From assembly GCF_964204645.1 (NCBI RefSeq), contig NC_134028.1, positions 19,351,653-19,415,652 on the forward strand: 64,000 nt of DNA, read 5' to 3'. The DNA is from Tubulanus polymorphus (Eukaryota > Animalia > Nemertea). The first letter of the stretch is position 1; every line of letters begins with the position of its first letter. The notes under the pieces are model-generated. The model was not told where the DNA came from. It worked only from the letters and a program-made list of their open reading frames with translations, and ran no database searches. The position numbers and the translations under genes were made by a program. Positions 13,201 to 24,483 of this stretch are shown here, one piece after another.

Positions 13201-14369
13201 GTAACAGATTGAACATGTATGATGTATATAATGTGTAAAACGATCGACATTAGACTATTACAAAACATGTCAGAGAATATTCTTGGATAAGAATTCTGCT
13301 TCTGATAACTCATTAAATGAAATGGGTATTCAGTGCTTGTCACATCAGAAAAGAGGGCCCTTGGCTTAACATCAGAGTTACAGGGACACCATAGCCATAA
13401 CACAGCAAATAGCTACGATTGTGTCAGAATGATTCCTTTTTAGCCTGAAGCACATAAAGAGATGTCTAAGGCGACTGGGACTGAGAGGGCACGTTCCAGA
13501 ACATCAACAGGAGGAAACTGAGATTGCCCATGATGGAAGAGAAATGGGGTATAAGATGATTTAGGAATCACTGAAAAGGACCCATTTGCATGTGGAAAGG
13601 TAATAAATTTTAACTGTCAGATATCAAATTGGAGTGGCAGGGGCAAAATTTACTGGTACCGTAAACTTGGGTGAAGTTGGACACCCACTGAAACCATATT
13701 CAGAGACTGTGGTGTTAGCACTAGGGATTTCTCTAATCTACGACATCTATATTAGTAATATTTGATTTTTAGGCAGACCGTACTTGATATAACGAACACA
13801 ATTCAACCAGATGTTATGCAGGCACGAAAGAGGTATAGATTAAGCAGACAGATGTACATAAATCCTGTTCAAAATCATTTGTATACATAATGATCAGAAT
13901 GACAGATTAGCCCATTTTTGATTTTATTTCCAATTATTTACATTTGCATGGAAAGATTAATGGTGAAAGTAACTAAGCTAACATGTCTTAAGTGAAAGTT
14001 GTAGACACCAGTTCACTCAATAAATGATCTGTAGAAAATTGATGGGAAACTGAAAATAAAATTATTGATCTACTTAAGCATTAACAAAACTGCTCCTTAC
14101 TTGAACAACTACCGGTAATTGCGATCAGCTGTTTAAATTAGAACTCAATGGATTGATAGCAAAAAGTTTGATAGATTATAAATATGCAATAATGATTAAT
14201 ATTTTATATCTTAGCGATGTCATTGTTTTATAAAAATATCTGTACGAAAAGCACAAGTTAAGAAGAATATATGAACGTTGTTTAAATTTTTAAGTAGAAT
14301 TCCTTCATTTCATGTCGACAGCGCAAAATGATTACGATGATTGAAACCGAATTCGCGAGAAATTATGTT

Positions 14370-14555
14370 TAGTGAAGATGGGTCTAGACAGGATGAACTA
14401 GACCCCATTAAGAGATCTTTACGAGAAAGTACCGTCAGTGAAGAGGGGCAAAGACAGGATGATCTTGTCCCATTTGAGGTATCTTCACGAGGATTGCGGG
14501 TAGTGGAAATAAGTATAGACAGGATGATCTAGAACCCGTTACGAGATCTTCACAA
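14370..14555 (+). repeat. Three diverged ~66-bp tandem units
   Basis: Core AGACAGGATGA..T.G..CC..TT..GAG.T.T.T.AC.AG recurs at ~14385, ~14452 and ~14517. Confidence 0.7.
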
Positions 14556-15128
14556 GTAATGTAAATAATTGATTAAGTTTAGGGAATGTCGGCTTAGATT
14601 TTAGATGCATATATATGTAGATATAGTATTAGAAAACTAGTTAAATAATGCAAAATGTTCTTAAAGGCAAGATCGATGAGAATTAATGGTAACGTAAAAT
14701 AATTCATGAGACGAAAAGTAAATTAGATATGACTTGTAAGTAAGAATAAGATGAGTGCAGCCTATCTGGGCTCAATTATGTATTTAGTTCATCAGGTTAA
14801 ATTCATGTGTATCTTCTCGATGTATCAGTAGTTTAATAGTGTCCTGTCACCTTTTGGCCGGGGCAGTGTCGGGTTCGCCAAACCGATAGCGTGAGATTGT
14901 TTGTTTCATCTTTCTCAGGTCAGTAGATAATAAGACACATGTGTAAGAGTGGTGAGCACGACCCCCATGTAGTAGGTCGAATGCAATTATGAGAGAGAAT
15001 AAAATTCAGTTCATCTTATAGTAACCATCAGTGTTGGACGTGCTGTTGGATCTGCCCCCATCACGACGAGAGATGACTCCGGTGTACCCTGGCTCCCTAA
15101 ATACTCTAGACGGTTTTGACATTTTAAT

Positions 15129-15553
15129 TCATTGAGGTCCATCAATCGACATATTACGAAATCCTTTATATACATGGTCCTCCTCATAACCGTCCTCGCG
15201 GAAATGTGTGCGGATGCACGAAACGACACAAGCAGGCAAATTTCTCCTATTCTCCTTGCCCAAATATCCCCAACACCACCCAACAAATGATCTGTACGCT
15301 CTATGTCGTAATTTCGCATTTGCTGGCCCTTCAAAACTTTTCTGTCCATACTGCCGTTTAAATTCCGTCCACATCAGCTGCAGGACCCAAGGGTTCGAAC
15401 AGATTGAAGCGAAATCGTATCGAATGCCGTATCCGTCATGCAGGTCTCTTCATTTTGTCCAGACTCCTCCCAAACCCATTCCAGTCTTTTATTCACGACG
15501 TCAATCTCCATACAGCACACACACTCCTGTCTCTAAGATCTGACAATGTCCAC
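15129..15553 (-). pseudogene. KolX / P2X7 C-terminal ballast-like cysteine-rich ORF (Kolobok accessory gene), truncated by an LTR
   Basis: Minus-strand peptides GHC...ECVCCMEI...CMT...FASICSNPWVL...LRHRAYRSFVGWCWGYLGKENRRNLPACVVSCIRTHF. Frameshifted, and cut at 15554 by an LTR start. Confidence 0.8.
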
Positions 15554-18357
15554 TGTAGCGTTTGTACAATTGTTATTATTAAAATGTATTGTATTGTATT
15601 GAATTGAATATTTAGAGGGGGGGTTAGGCATGTTATATGTAAATCTATTTACTGTTGTTTAATTTAAGATGTTTACTGTTTAAAGATATTGTGTATTGAT
15701 ATGTTGTATAGATGGGGGGGTGGGATCACTTACTTAAATTCGTATTTTCAACCGGTTAAATATCCGTTGATTTCATTCATGCTGGTAGTGTCCGTAGCAC
15801 GCGAGTGGCGGCGCTATCAGCTGGTGTTGGTTTGTTGTCATGCTAGTTGTTGGGCTAGCGGGGTGGGTTGCTAGGCTGAGCTGCCCGTTGTCATGCTGGG
15901 ATGCTGGGGTCAACCGTTTATCATTATTTAACGATATTAACTGTTTTACCGGTCGTGTTGACTCCCATCATCTCAGTTTGACAATTGACAGACAGACCTG
16001 GTTAGCATTAGTTGGTTTGTCGGTCAGCTCCGGTCTTTGGCCGATAATCGTGATCGACAGCTTGCTCTGCTGATATATTTATTAAGATCTTAGTCCCTTA
16101 GTTATACGTGGTAGTAAAAGACGTATCGTCGTACCTCAGTCGTACGTTTCTCTTTATTTTTAAAGACAGGATATTTAGACGGTTTAACACTACGCTACTA
16201 AAAAGAAACGAATTTTGAATAGAGCGATATTTTATTAGGAATAATGTAGATTTGTAAATATATAAATATTGTGTACTCTCATTATTAGAGTATTTTAAAT
16301 CTTTAATAATAATTTCATACAGTATTTCATATGCAGCTTTAGACTAATCTATTAGTGATTGTCAGAATCTAACAAGGACTGAGGAATTATTCTTTTCGTA
16401 TCAGGCCGTTTTAAGATAGATTTATATCTATCAGTGGTAAAATGCCACGGTGGAGACGAATAGCAGAGGACTATTTAGTAGGGACTAAGAGCCTACAGCC
16501 CATGAGGAAGGAGAATCTATGGTAGAATTTTGGACTGCCATTAGTATGAAGGGAGGGTTACGAGATTATTCTAAAGACCGGTCGAATGTAGGGTAGATCC
16601 AGGTATAATTCGGGGTGGCCAACCCGATTATATGCTGTGGGCCTTACGGGCATGTAAGAGACATGTTGCAGAGAATAAGCATATACCGGAAAATAGGTTA
16701 TTCATGCTCGGTGTGCACGATCTGTATACACTAGATTAGAATTTTCATATCGCGGCTATTTTTATATATTTATCTCTCTCGGTTTCTCACGAGGATCATC
16801 CCTTGCGGCGAGATATTAGTAATTTCCCTTTTTGATTTCAATATCAGAAATCATTCGACATCAGCGAACTCCGTAGCAGGCTTAGAAGATAAGATTTTTA
16901 CCTATTTAGACATCCGGACAAATTAGATGGTTGCCGATTATATCAACGAATTTATGAGACGAGCAGAAGAACGACCGCCATATTCGAAGAGAGAGGGCAG
17001 CACCGCCTTGCCCCCCTTTTCCACTATAATTGGTGTCAACAAGAGGGGGCGGGTAGTCCGAAAGCCACGCCGCTGGATAACCGAAATGTGATTTTATATT
17101 TTTTAGCTTAAAGAAAATGGCTCCTACTTTCGAGAAATTATGGAAATGCTCGTACTGCACGCGGTCGTTATCGGAAGGTACGAACAAGCGAAGGCATCTA
17201 AGAAACTGTAGAAATAAATCATCTAGGATGGAAAATACATGTATACCCAAAAACAGAGTATTCCAGTGCAAGCTGTGTGAATTCAATTCACACAGAGTGA
17301 GCCTGCTAAAAATTCACCCAAAAGATCTGAATGCAGTCAAAGGAAATTCAGGCAGATTTATACGCACAGTAGAACCGACGGAACAATATGATGGCGAATT
17401 ATTACCATCAATTCCTCGTTCGATAATACAAAAAGTACCAACAGACGCTAAAATAACTCAACCGGAATCCGTTATAGAAGTACCAGAAATCTCAATCGAC
17501 GAACTTTTAGAGATAACCGGAAACTGGCAGGAAGAAAGATCAGTCGTAACACCAAGTGTGAGTCCTTTTAACAGCCCAAAGAAGACCATTAGAAAAGAAA
17601 ATTTACAACCAAAAACTTCAAATCAAGACGCAAGGCCATGGACGATTCCATTGATACCGGTAGATGTTACGTCCGACGGACCCGAGAAGGAAGATGGTTG
17701 AGCATCGGCACGTTTGAGAGATGTTTGGGGGGGAATTTGTATTAGTTTATCCGGTTGGAAGCAAGGTAGAATGTGAATTTTGTACCATTTTGAAGAAGTT
17801 TAAATTAAATTGTCATATAATGTAATCATTTTCTGGACGAGGACGTCCAGAGCTGGAGGGGGGTAGTGTAGCATTTGTACAATTGTTATTATTAAAATGT
17901 ATTGTATTGTATTGAATTGAATATTTAGAGGGGGGTGGGCTAGGCATGTTATATGTAAATCTTTTTACTGCTGTTTAATTTAGTATGTTTACTGTATAAA
18001 GATATTGTGTATTGATATGTTGTATAGATGGGGGGTGGGATCACTTACTTAAATTCGTATTTTCGACCGGTTAAATATCCGTTGATTTCATTCATGCTGG
18101 TAGTGTCCGTAGCACACGAGTGGCGGCGCTATCAGCTGGTGTTGGTTTGTTGTCATGCTAGTTGTTGGGCTAGCAGGGTGGGTCGCTAGGCTGAGCTGCC
18201 CGTTGTCATGCTGGGATGCTGGGGTCAACCGTTTATCATTATTTAACGATATTAACTGTTTTACCGGTCGTGTTGACTCCCATCATCTCAGTTTGACAAT
18301 TGACAGCCAGACCTGGTAAGCATTAGTTGGTTTGTCAGTCAGCTCCGGTCTTTGGCC
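15554..18357 (+). mobile_element. Internally deleted Gypsy element A: LTR, integrase tail, accessory zinc-finger ORF, PPT, truncated LTR
   Basis: LTR 15554-~16198 (TGTAGCG...CGCTAC). Second copy 17867-18357 closely matches 15554-16042. Decayed GPY motif near 16640. Pol tail VNKRGRVVRKPRRWITEM* ends 17091. PPT GGAGGGGGGTAG 17855-17866. Confidence 0.85.
17117..17701 (+). CDS. Accessory ORF3 of Gypsy element A; zinc-finger protein, 194 aa
   Basis: Open ATG ORF right after acceptor TTTTATATTTTTTAG (AG 17105-17106). Motifs CSYC-x12-H-x3-C and CKLC-x12-H. Confidence 0.6.
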   Translation: MAPTFEKLWKCSYCTRSLSEGTNKRRHLRNCRNKSSRMENTCIPKNRVFQCKLCEFNSHRVSLLKIHPKDLNAVKGNSGRFIRTVEPTEQYDGELLPSIPRSIIQKVPTDAKITQPESVIEVPEISIDELLEITGNWQEERSVVTPSVSPFNSPKKTIRKENLQPKTSNQDARPWTIPLIPVDVTSDGPEKEDG

Positions 18358-18648
18358 ATTTACACCATCCTACAGAGACACTCAGAAACCGTATATGAAA
18401 TACAGGACGTGCCGAACTATGCCCCTAAAATAGTACATTACGACCGACTTAAACCATACGTGGGAACTGAATACCTGGGTCTGAATCATGACGCGACCGA
18501 GCTTATTGTAGTGGACGCCCCTACTACTCGGAGGAGGAGTTCACGTGTTCCTTCGCAACCACGGAACGACTCATTTTTGTATCTGTAGGCTAGAAAGGGA
18601 ACCTGTTATAAAACCAAACCAACCAAACCCCATTTTCTTTTCTTGCAG

Positions 18649-19950
18649 GACACGACAGAAGTGCCACGGTTGTCACGATTATTTCGCAGACTTATCGTTG
18701 CACCAGGAGAAATGCGACTGCATTCCCCGGGAGGGGGTTTTGTACAAATTCGGCGCCACGCTCGTCGAGACCACAATGATGGACGGCGACACACCATGGT
18801 GAAGGTCGTCGAGGTTCCGATTCGTGATCGAACGCCCGATAGACACCAGAGTACCGGGGAGCCGTCGACGAAGAAGCGGAAGACCAGAGATGAGAGTGAG
18901 AGAAAGAAGGAAAGCGAGAAGAAGGGGAGCAGAGAGAAAGTGAGGGAGAAGAGAGAGGAGAGCAAAGAGAAGAAGAGAAAAGAGAGCAAAGAGAAGAAAA
19001 GCAAGGAGAGCCAGGAGAAGTGTGAGAAGAAGAAAGAAGAGAAGATAGTTGAAGAGCTGGAGAGCGTTTAAGTGGAGCTGTTGGAAGAGAGAACAGATGA
19101 TGAAGTAATGAATAGCGAAGATACAGAGAAAGAGGAAGTGAAGACTGGTGAGAGCGTGGAGAGAGCAGGCCCGGGAGAGTGTGTCAGCGTGGAAGGCGGT
19201 GCGAGTGAAGCGGGGAAGTTCATAGAGGAGATGACGATAGTGAGCGAGGAGGTGGTGGATGTGTGGACGGTGGGCGAGAAGAAAACGGCGGAAGCAGAGA
19301 CGAGAAGGAGGGAAAAAGAAACTTGGGGTCAGCGGGCTGCACGGATCGCAGCAGCCAGTTGGGAGCGGCGGAATACGTTGAACACCGGCGGGAAGTGGTA
19401 GAGGAGAGGGATAAGCAGCGGGAGCGAAGGAGGAAGCTGGAGAAAGAGGAGAGGATGAAAAGAGAGAGAGGAGTAGATTAGAAAACAAGCGGAAGCAGGA
19501 ACGGGAGAGGCTGGAGAAGCAGGAACGGGAGAGGCTGGAGAAGCCGGAGCGGGAGAAATTGGCGAGGCGGGAGGAGAGAAGAGATGGAGGCGAGGTGTCG
19601 GCGTATTCGCCACAGAATGGTGGGGAAACACGACACCCACGTATGTACCCACTGCTATACATACCACCACACCTTCCCCAGTACGTCCAGTCGAGACCAT
19701 GGACAACGCGACAGTAGAATCGGTGCCCAGCGGAGTGGCCTCAGCACCACGGGCGAAAACATTACTTCATAGGCATCCGACAGGTTATGGGCGGCCTGCC
19801 ACTTTCCGGGGAACACCCGGCACCCCTGTACAGTGCCCGTTTTGTAGGAAGATGGCTCGAGCGGCCGGCATAGAGTGGACCCCCCGACGAGAACATCAGG
19901 AACCAACTTCGGCGAGATGCACGCACACCCGTTGCAACACGGCGACCTAG
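18649..19950 (+). pseudogene. Accessory ORF of Gypsy element B (C2HC finger, K/E/R-rich coiled coil, C-terminal Cys/His cluster), disrupted
   Basis: Acceptor TTTTCTTTTCTTGCAG at ~18648. CHGCHDYFADLSLHQEKC; ESKEKK repeats; KQERERLE tandem repeats ~19490-19560; CPFC...CTHTRC before the stop at 19950. Confidence 0.55.
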
Positions 19951-20944
19951 TCTTGTTTGGGTTCGACGAGACCCAGTTTTATTGTATCGCCTGCGAGATT
20001 GAGGGACTAGACGAGTGAATCTGTGCATCTATAGTGTAAGAGTATGTAGTCGAGCCTCGTTGGTGGGATCTGGTTTTCTCCGGAAGCCTCAGTAATACGA
20101 TGGGTTAAGAGATTCGGGTAATCTTTCAGGTAGTAATTTTCTATAGAAGTGTTTGCTTAGTACGATCACGTTAATACGGGATTCGCTGGGTGTAGCGATT
20201 CCTTTTATTTCCTTTTTAGTATCGTGCTAGCGGGGTTCGACTATTTTATCACTTTTTGATCCTTTTTTCTTTTTCCTCACGCGGGACGCGTGAAAGTTGG
20301 GAGGGGGTGGTGTAGCGGAAATTCCCTTGTGATTGCTCCGAGGGCGCCAAATTCAAAATCAATTTCCTTTAATCCCCATAGATAGCATCACGAAATAATC
20401 GCCACAGATAGCGTCATAATGTCATAATGTTATAACTACTTTATCAAACCTTAATCATCCGTCTTGTTCCTTTATGGCTGTAATATATCCGGGCCAAATT
20501 TCCAGTTTATGCTGCGGCACGAACTCGCGTCCGGTCGAGTTGTGTTCGGTTAAGGATTTCACCCAGACTATGTTCTTACCGAGTTTTAAACTATCCGGGG
20601 AATCACTTTACCGCAGTTGTTAAACCGCGAGGAATAGAATCCTTATTTCTTGAATCTTCTTATACTAGACCATTTTAGTCGTCAAATTATATTGTGAAAT
20701 AGAATTACGATCTGAAGGCCGAGTCGCCCATATTTTCGGGCCGGTTCAATTCGGCACTCCATGGTGCGGTCCGTTTGGGTGCTCCCTCTTCTGGCGGTTA
20801 TTTTTCAACTATTCGAACGATAAATCCTTTCACGGGTAATAAATCCCTCCTTTTTTAAGGTTTAATGCTCGGTTCAGGCCGGAATTCTTATTAACTAATT
20901 TATTATGGAAAAGTTAGATCGAGCGTCGTTGTTGACAAACTTTA

Positions 20945-21095
20945 TCACGTGTGATCGTGACGTCACGTGTTCCTCGTGACCTCTAACCAATGAGGCGCGT
21001 CGGGGACAAAGAATTCTGACCAGTGGAGGGCATCGGGGACAAAAACTTCCATCCAATCAAACGTCGGGGACTGGGAGCCCTATATAAGGCGCGCA
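20945..21095 (+). promoter_or_regulatory. LTR promoter: E-box/CRE cluster, three CCAAT-CGGGGAC modules, TATA box
   Basis: TCACGTG, TGACGTCA, CACGTG at 20946-20969; CCA(A/G)T...TCGGGGAC three times; TATATAAG at 21081. Confidence 0.6.
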
Positions 21096-22709
21096 GAACT
21101 CTAGTTCCGGATTCATTTTCGATTGGCAATCGCCGCGGAAAAAAAAACAATACACACAGTTATATAACAAGCGACTCTCGAGCGACAAGTATACGTGACA
21201 CGATCTAAGCGCTACCTTTCACGTCCCGATAGGGACCCCCCCGTCTTAGGGGATGTGATCTTGTTACTACAGTTAAGATAGTTGATATATTATTATTATT
21301 GCCTTGCAGCGGCATTGATTGCCCGGTTTTTGCGGTTACCGCCATGTTCTTTTATCCAAATTCCTTATCCTAATCTATCATTATTAGAATAACTTATCAA
21401 GGGTTGCTCCCAATGACGGAAGTGAAATTACTGTCCCGGGTGGGTGGATTTCGGCGACGGTGGCTGGTGTTCGGTAGATGTCCTCACAGTATCGGTTTGC
21501 CTTCAGCCGATGGTACTAGATGGAAGACAATGGCTACTGGTGTGGATGGTACAGCCGCCCTGAGGGACTTGCCGGTGTAAGATGAGGTTTGGTGTGGAAG
21601 ATTCAACCGCTGACGGGAATGGTTCATTGGTCCTTGGAACGACGAAGAATGAAGCAGACCTACGCTATCCACCCAATGATGTCCGACGAGATTCTGCAGA
21701 TTCTGCAGGCTGGCCGGGTACCGACCCTGTCGCTAGATCCATTCCCCCTCTTACCTTAATCCTTCCTTTGTTATTCGGGGCTTATCCGTCCTATATCTCA
21801 TATAGTATTATCGATCGACGATCGACCGTTTTAGTATTAAATTGCAAAGTATTAAGTATTATTATTGAGTCGCCACATCATTGTGATGCTGGGACTGGGA
21901 CACGGCGAGGGTTATCCCTTTCCCTCTCCCAGTCGCTCATATTCCGAGCTAGTCTAGTTCAAACTTGTGACAGCCAGGCAGTTAGCCGTCTGACCGTTAG
22001 TATTATGAACCTGCGGGATCTAACCGTTCAGGCTACCTCTCGCGTAAATCCGCGTATATATCATATGGGTAGAATTAACCCCTTATTATTTTAGTCGGGT
22101 GGCGTCAATGGCCTTAGTGCATTTATACCCGCAAGCAAAGCTGCGTGCGGTATTTTTTCTAGCTATTAATAGAGAAAGGTGTGAGAGTACTCTTCCAAAT
22201 GCATTACAATTCGTTGGTTTAACTAAACCTCTTGAGTCTCGGAATTTGTTGGGTGACGATTAGCCATTCTGCCAGTGGTAGTCCAGGTCGAAACCAAGTC
22301 TTCCCTTGATGTGTTACTTCCTAAGAGGACCGGAGATGAGTGTCCCGAAGAAAGAATGGAGGGCCAGGGAACTGATCAGTCCCTGCGTCGGACCACCAGT
22401 GAAGGCGAATTCCAACCAAGATAAATAATCCCTGTAGTGGTAGTTCAAGAGGAGGTGTTATCGAGTTGACCCTGGGGCCGGGTTCAGATATTGCGATCTG
22501 TCTATCATCACTGACATTTCAGACTCACCGCTTCTGACTCAAGCCTTTTATTTATTTAATTTCATAGTTGCACCTCTCACCCCTCTCTCCCCCTAGATGT
22601 TCTTTCATAGCGTGAGTTAACCACATTTCGTACGAAATATTAGTTGAACATGATTAGGCTGACGAGCCGTCATCGAGTGAGATATTGTGACCTTATCCTA
22701 GGGGTCTAC

Positions 22710-22792
22710 TAGTATTACAAGTATTAAGAGTATTACAAGTATTAAAGGTATTACGAGTATTAAAAGTATTACAAGTATAAAAGGTATTACTA
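22710..22792 (+). repeat. 9-bp minisatellite (AGTATTACA/AGTATTAAA) inside the LTR
   Basis: About 9 tandem degenerate copies are directly visible. Confidence 0.8.
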
Positions 22793-23310
22793 TGAATGAG
22801 CACTACGAGTAGCGAGCAACATTCCATTTATAAATTTTGCGTTGTTGAGGCAATAAACATGTCAACGTTACGTTTTACGAATAACGGTCTTATGTCTTTA
22901 TTGAGTGGATTTCTGAGTCCGAGTCAGTTCAACCAGTTTCGGGGACAACTCTGGAACCGATAAGGACGCGCTACCCAGAACGAAGGAGTCCGAGTTGTTG
23001 TTGGTCGCCTTCAGGTTAAGGACGATTGGACCCGAAGACCCACCTAGAATCGATAGGAGGCACGACGTGTAGAGGGGATCCCCGACGAAGTTATTTGGCC
23101 CGGCCCGTGCGTCAGGGAGGCCAAGCTGTAGACCAGTACATAGCGGCAGTATATTGTCTGGCGCAGCCGTTGTGGAAAATCTGGCCAGGAGAGCCAGTCG
23201 GTTACTGTGCCCGGCCTATTCGGTTACAATAATCTATATAATAATAGATATTCCTAGATAAATTTAGGGCAAACATAAACTATTGATAACTAGTTATTCT
23301 ATCCCCCCTA

Positions 23311-23719
23311 CATCATAAGTTTTGATAAAACATTGATATTTTCATTATTTTACCATTTTTCGGCTGGTTTCCATGGAAACCATAGGCATTTGGGATCTGT
23401 CAGATAAAAATTTTGGGTCTCTCAACTGTCACCTGAAAGTGCTATGAGTGTATAGCATTTTAAATTTCTAGTCTACCTCTTTTAGTTTAAGAGATATTGA
23501 AGTTTGTTTACATGAAATATTGCCTTCTTAGATCACAGTTTTTGCGTATTGAAACATGAAGTCACTTTTCGCTCAAATTTTCAAACTTCAATTTGCGATA
23601 TCTCGAAAACTACTGAAAATTTTAAAAGCATATTGTTATTTGAGCCCGCTTTCTTTCAGTATTATTGGAGCTATTTGAATTTTTTATGGATATAGCTACC
23701 TGTGGTACAGACTACCTAA
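23311..23719. mobile_element. Kolobok-type terminal fragment
   Basis: Ends GGTACAGACTACCT-AA (reverse complement TTAGGTAGTCTGTACC). Layout resembles the terminus at 28000-28175. Confidence 0.4.
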
Positions 23720-24483
23720 GTCTTCGGTTCAGTGATATCCACTGTACAGTATATCTGTGACTCGAAAAACGGCTTCCCTGATGGGGTATCCCCCTTTGAA
23801 ATGCTCTGATTGGCTTATTTTTGAGGATTCCTACAGGGTTATCCCAATATGATGTCATCAACATCCGGGTCAGCAGCCATGTTGTTGAAATTTTTAATTA
23901 GGTGGAAGTTCGCCAAAGTTAGCCGATTTTGAAGTTTTACCTGTTTTTCAGACGATTATAATATATTGAAGGTAAGTCGGTAGCCTTTTAAAACCATAAT
24001 AGAAGTAAAGAATAATATGTTTTCTTAATGTTTATGAAGTTTGAAGTTGATCTGACCATCAGAACATTGTTATTTCTATTCCGGAATGGGACATGTCGCC
24101 AGGTTTGGAGCGGCCATTTTGTTGAAGATTTCGAATTTCGTCGAAGTTTAGTGATCAAAATAGAACCATTTAAAATACTTATGATATCCTATAAATTCAA
24201 TCATTCAATTAAGAAATGTATTAGAAATGTAATGTGTGTATTAATTTAGTGTTTAATAATGATTTCATCCACAAATTTTGATATCAAAAGTTGTTTACGT
24301 TCGCCGAACCAGCGGTCACGTGACTTGAAAACGTAAACAAAAGCACGTGGTTTGAAGAATCAATGAGTCAAAACACAGAAAAATACATTTATCTTAAATA
24401 TTTTTTTAAGTTTAATTGATGATAACTATAATTACGAACATATTCATTCATTGACAGCTTTTTATTTTTAGATTTTAAGAAAA

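Larger units (their letters stand above)
18358..23232 (+). mobile_element. Gypsy element B 3' end: integrase tail, accessory ORF, PPT, ~2.66-kb LTR (20311-~22974), then gag-like remnant
   Basis: YTILQRHSETVYEI...IVHYDRLKPY...RRSSR*. PPT GGGAGGGGGTGG, then TGTAGCG (20311) ... AATAAA (22852) ... CGCTAC (22974). RQGGQAVDQYIAAVYCLA at ~23110 resembles Gypsy gag. Confidence 0.75.

Noticed and set aside
15129-15374. Host P2X7 receptor gene
   Set aside because: Only the ballast-like domain is present, with no P2X channel exons; the transposon context favours KolX.
18606-19706. Long minus-strand ORFs (327, 132 and 125 aa) rich in L/F/S
   Set aside because: They are antisense shadows of the purine-rich K/E coding strand and show no independent motifs.
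21582-22094. 170-aa ORF inside the long LTR
   Set aside because: No recognisable motif or coding-like composition; likely a chance ORF in GC-richer sequence.
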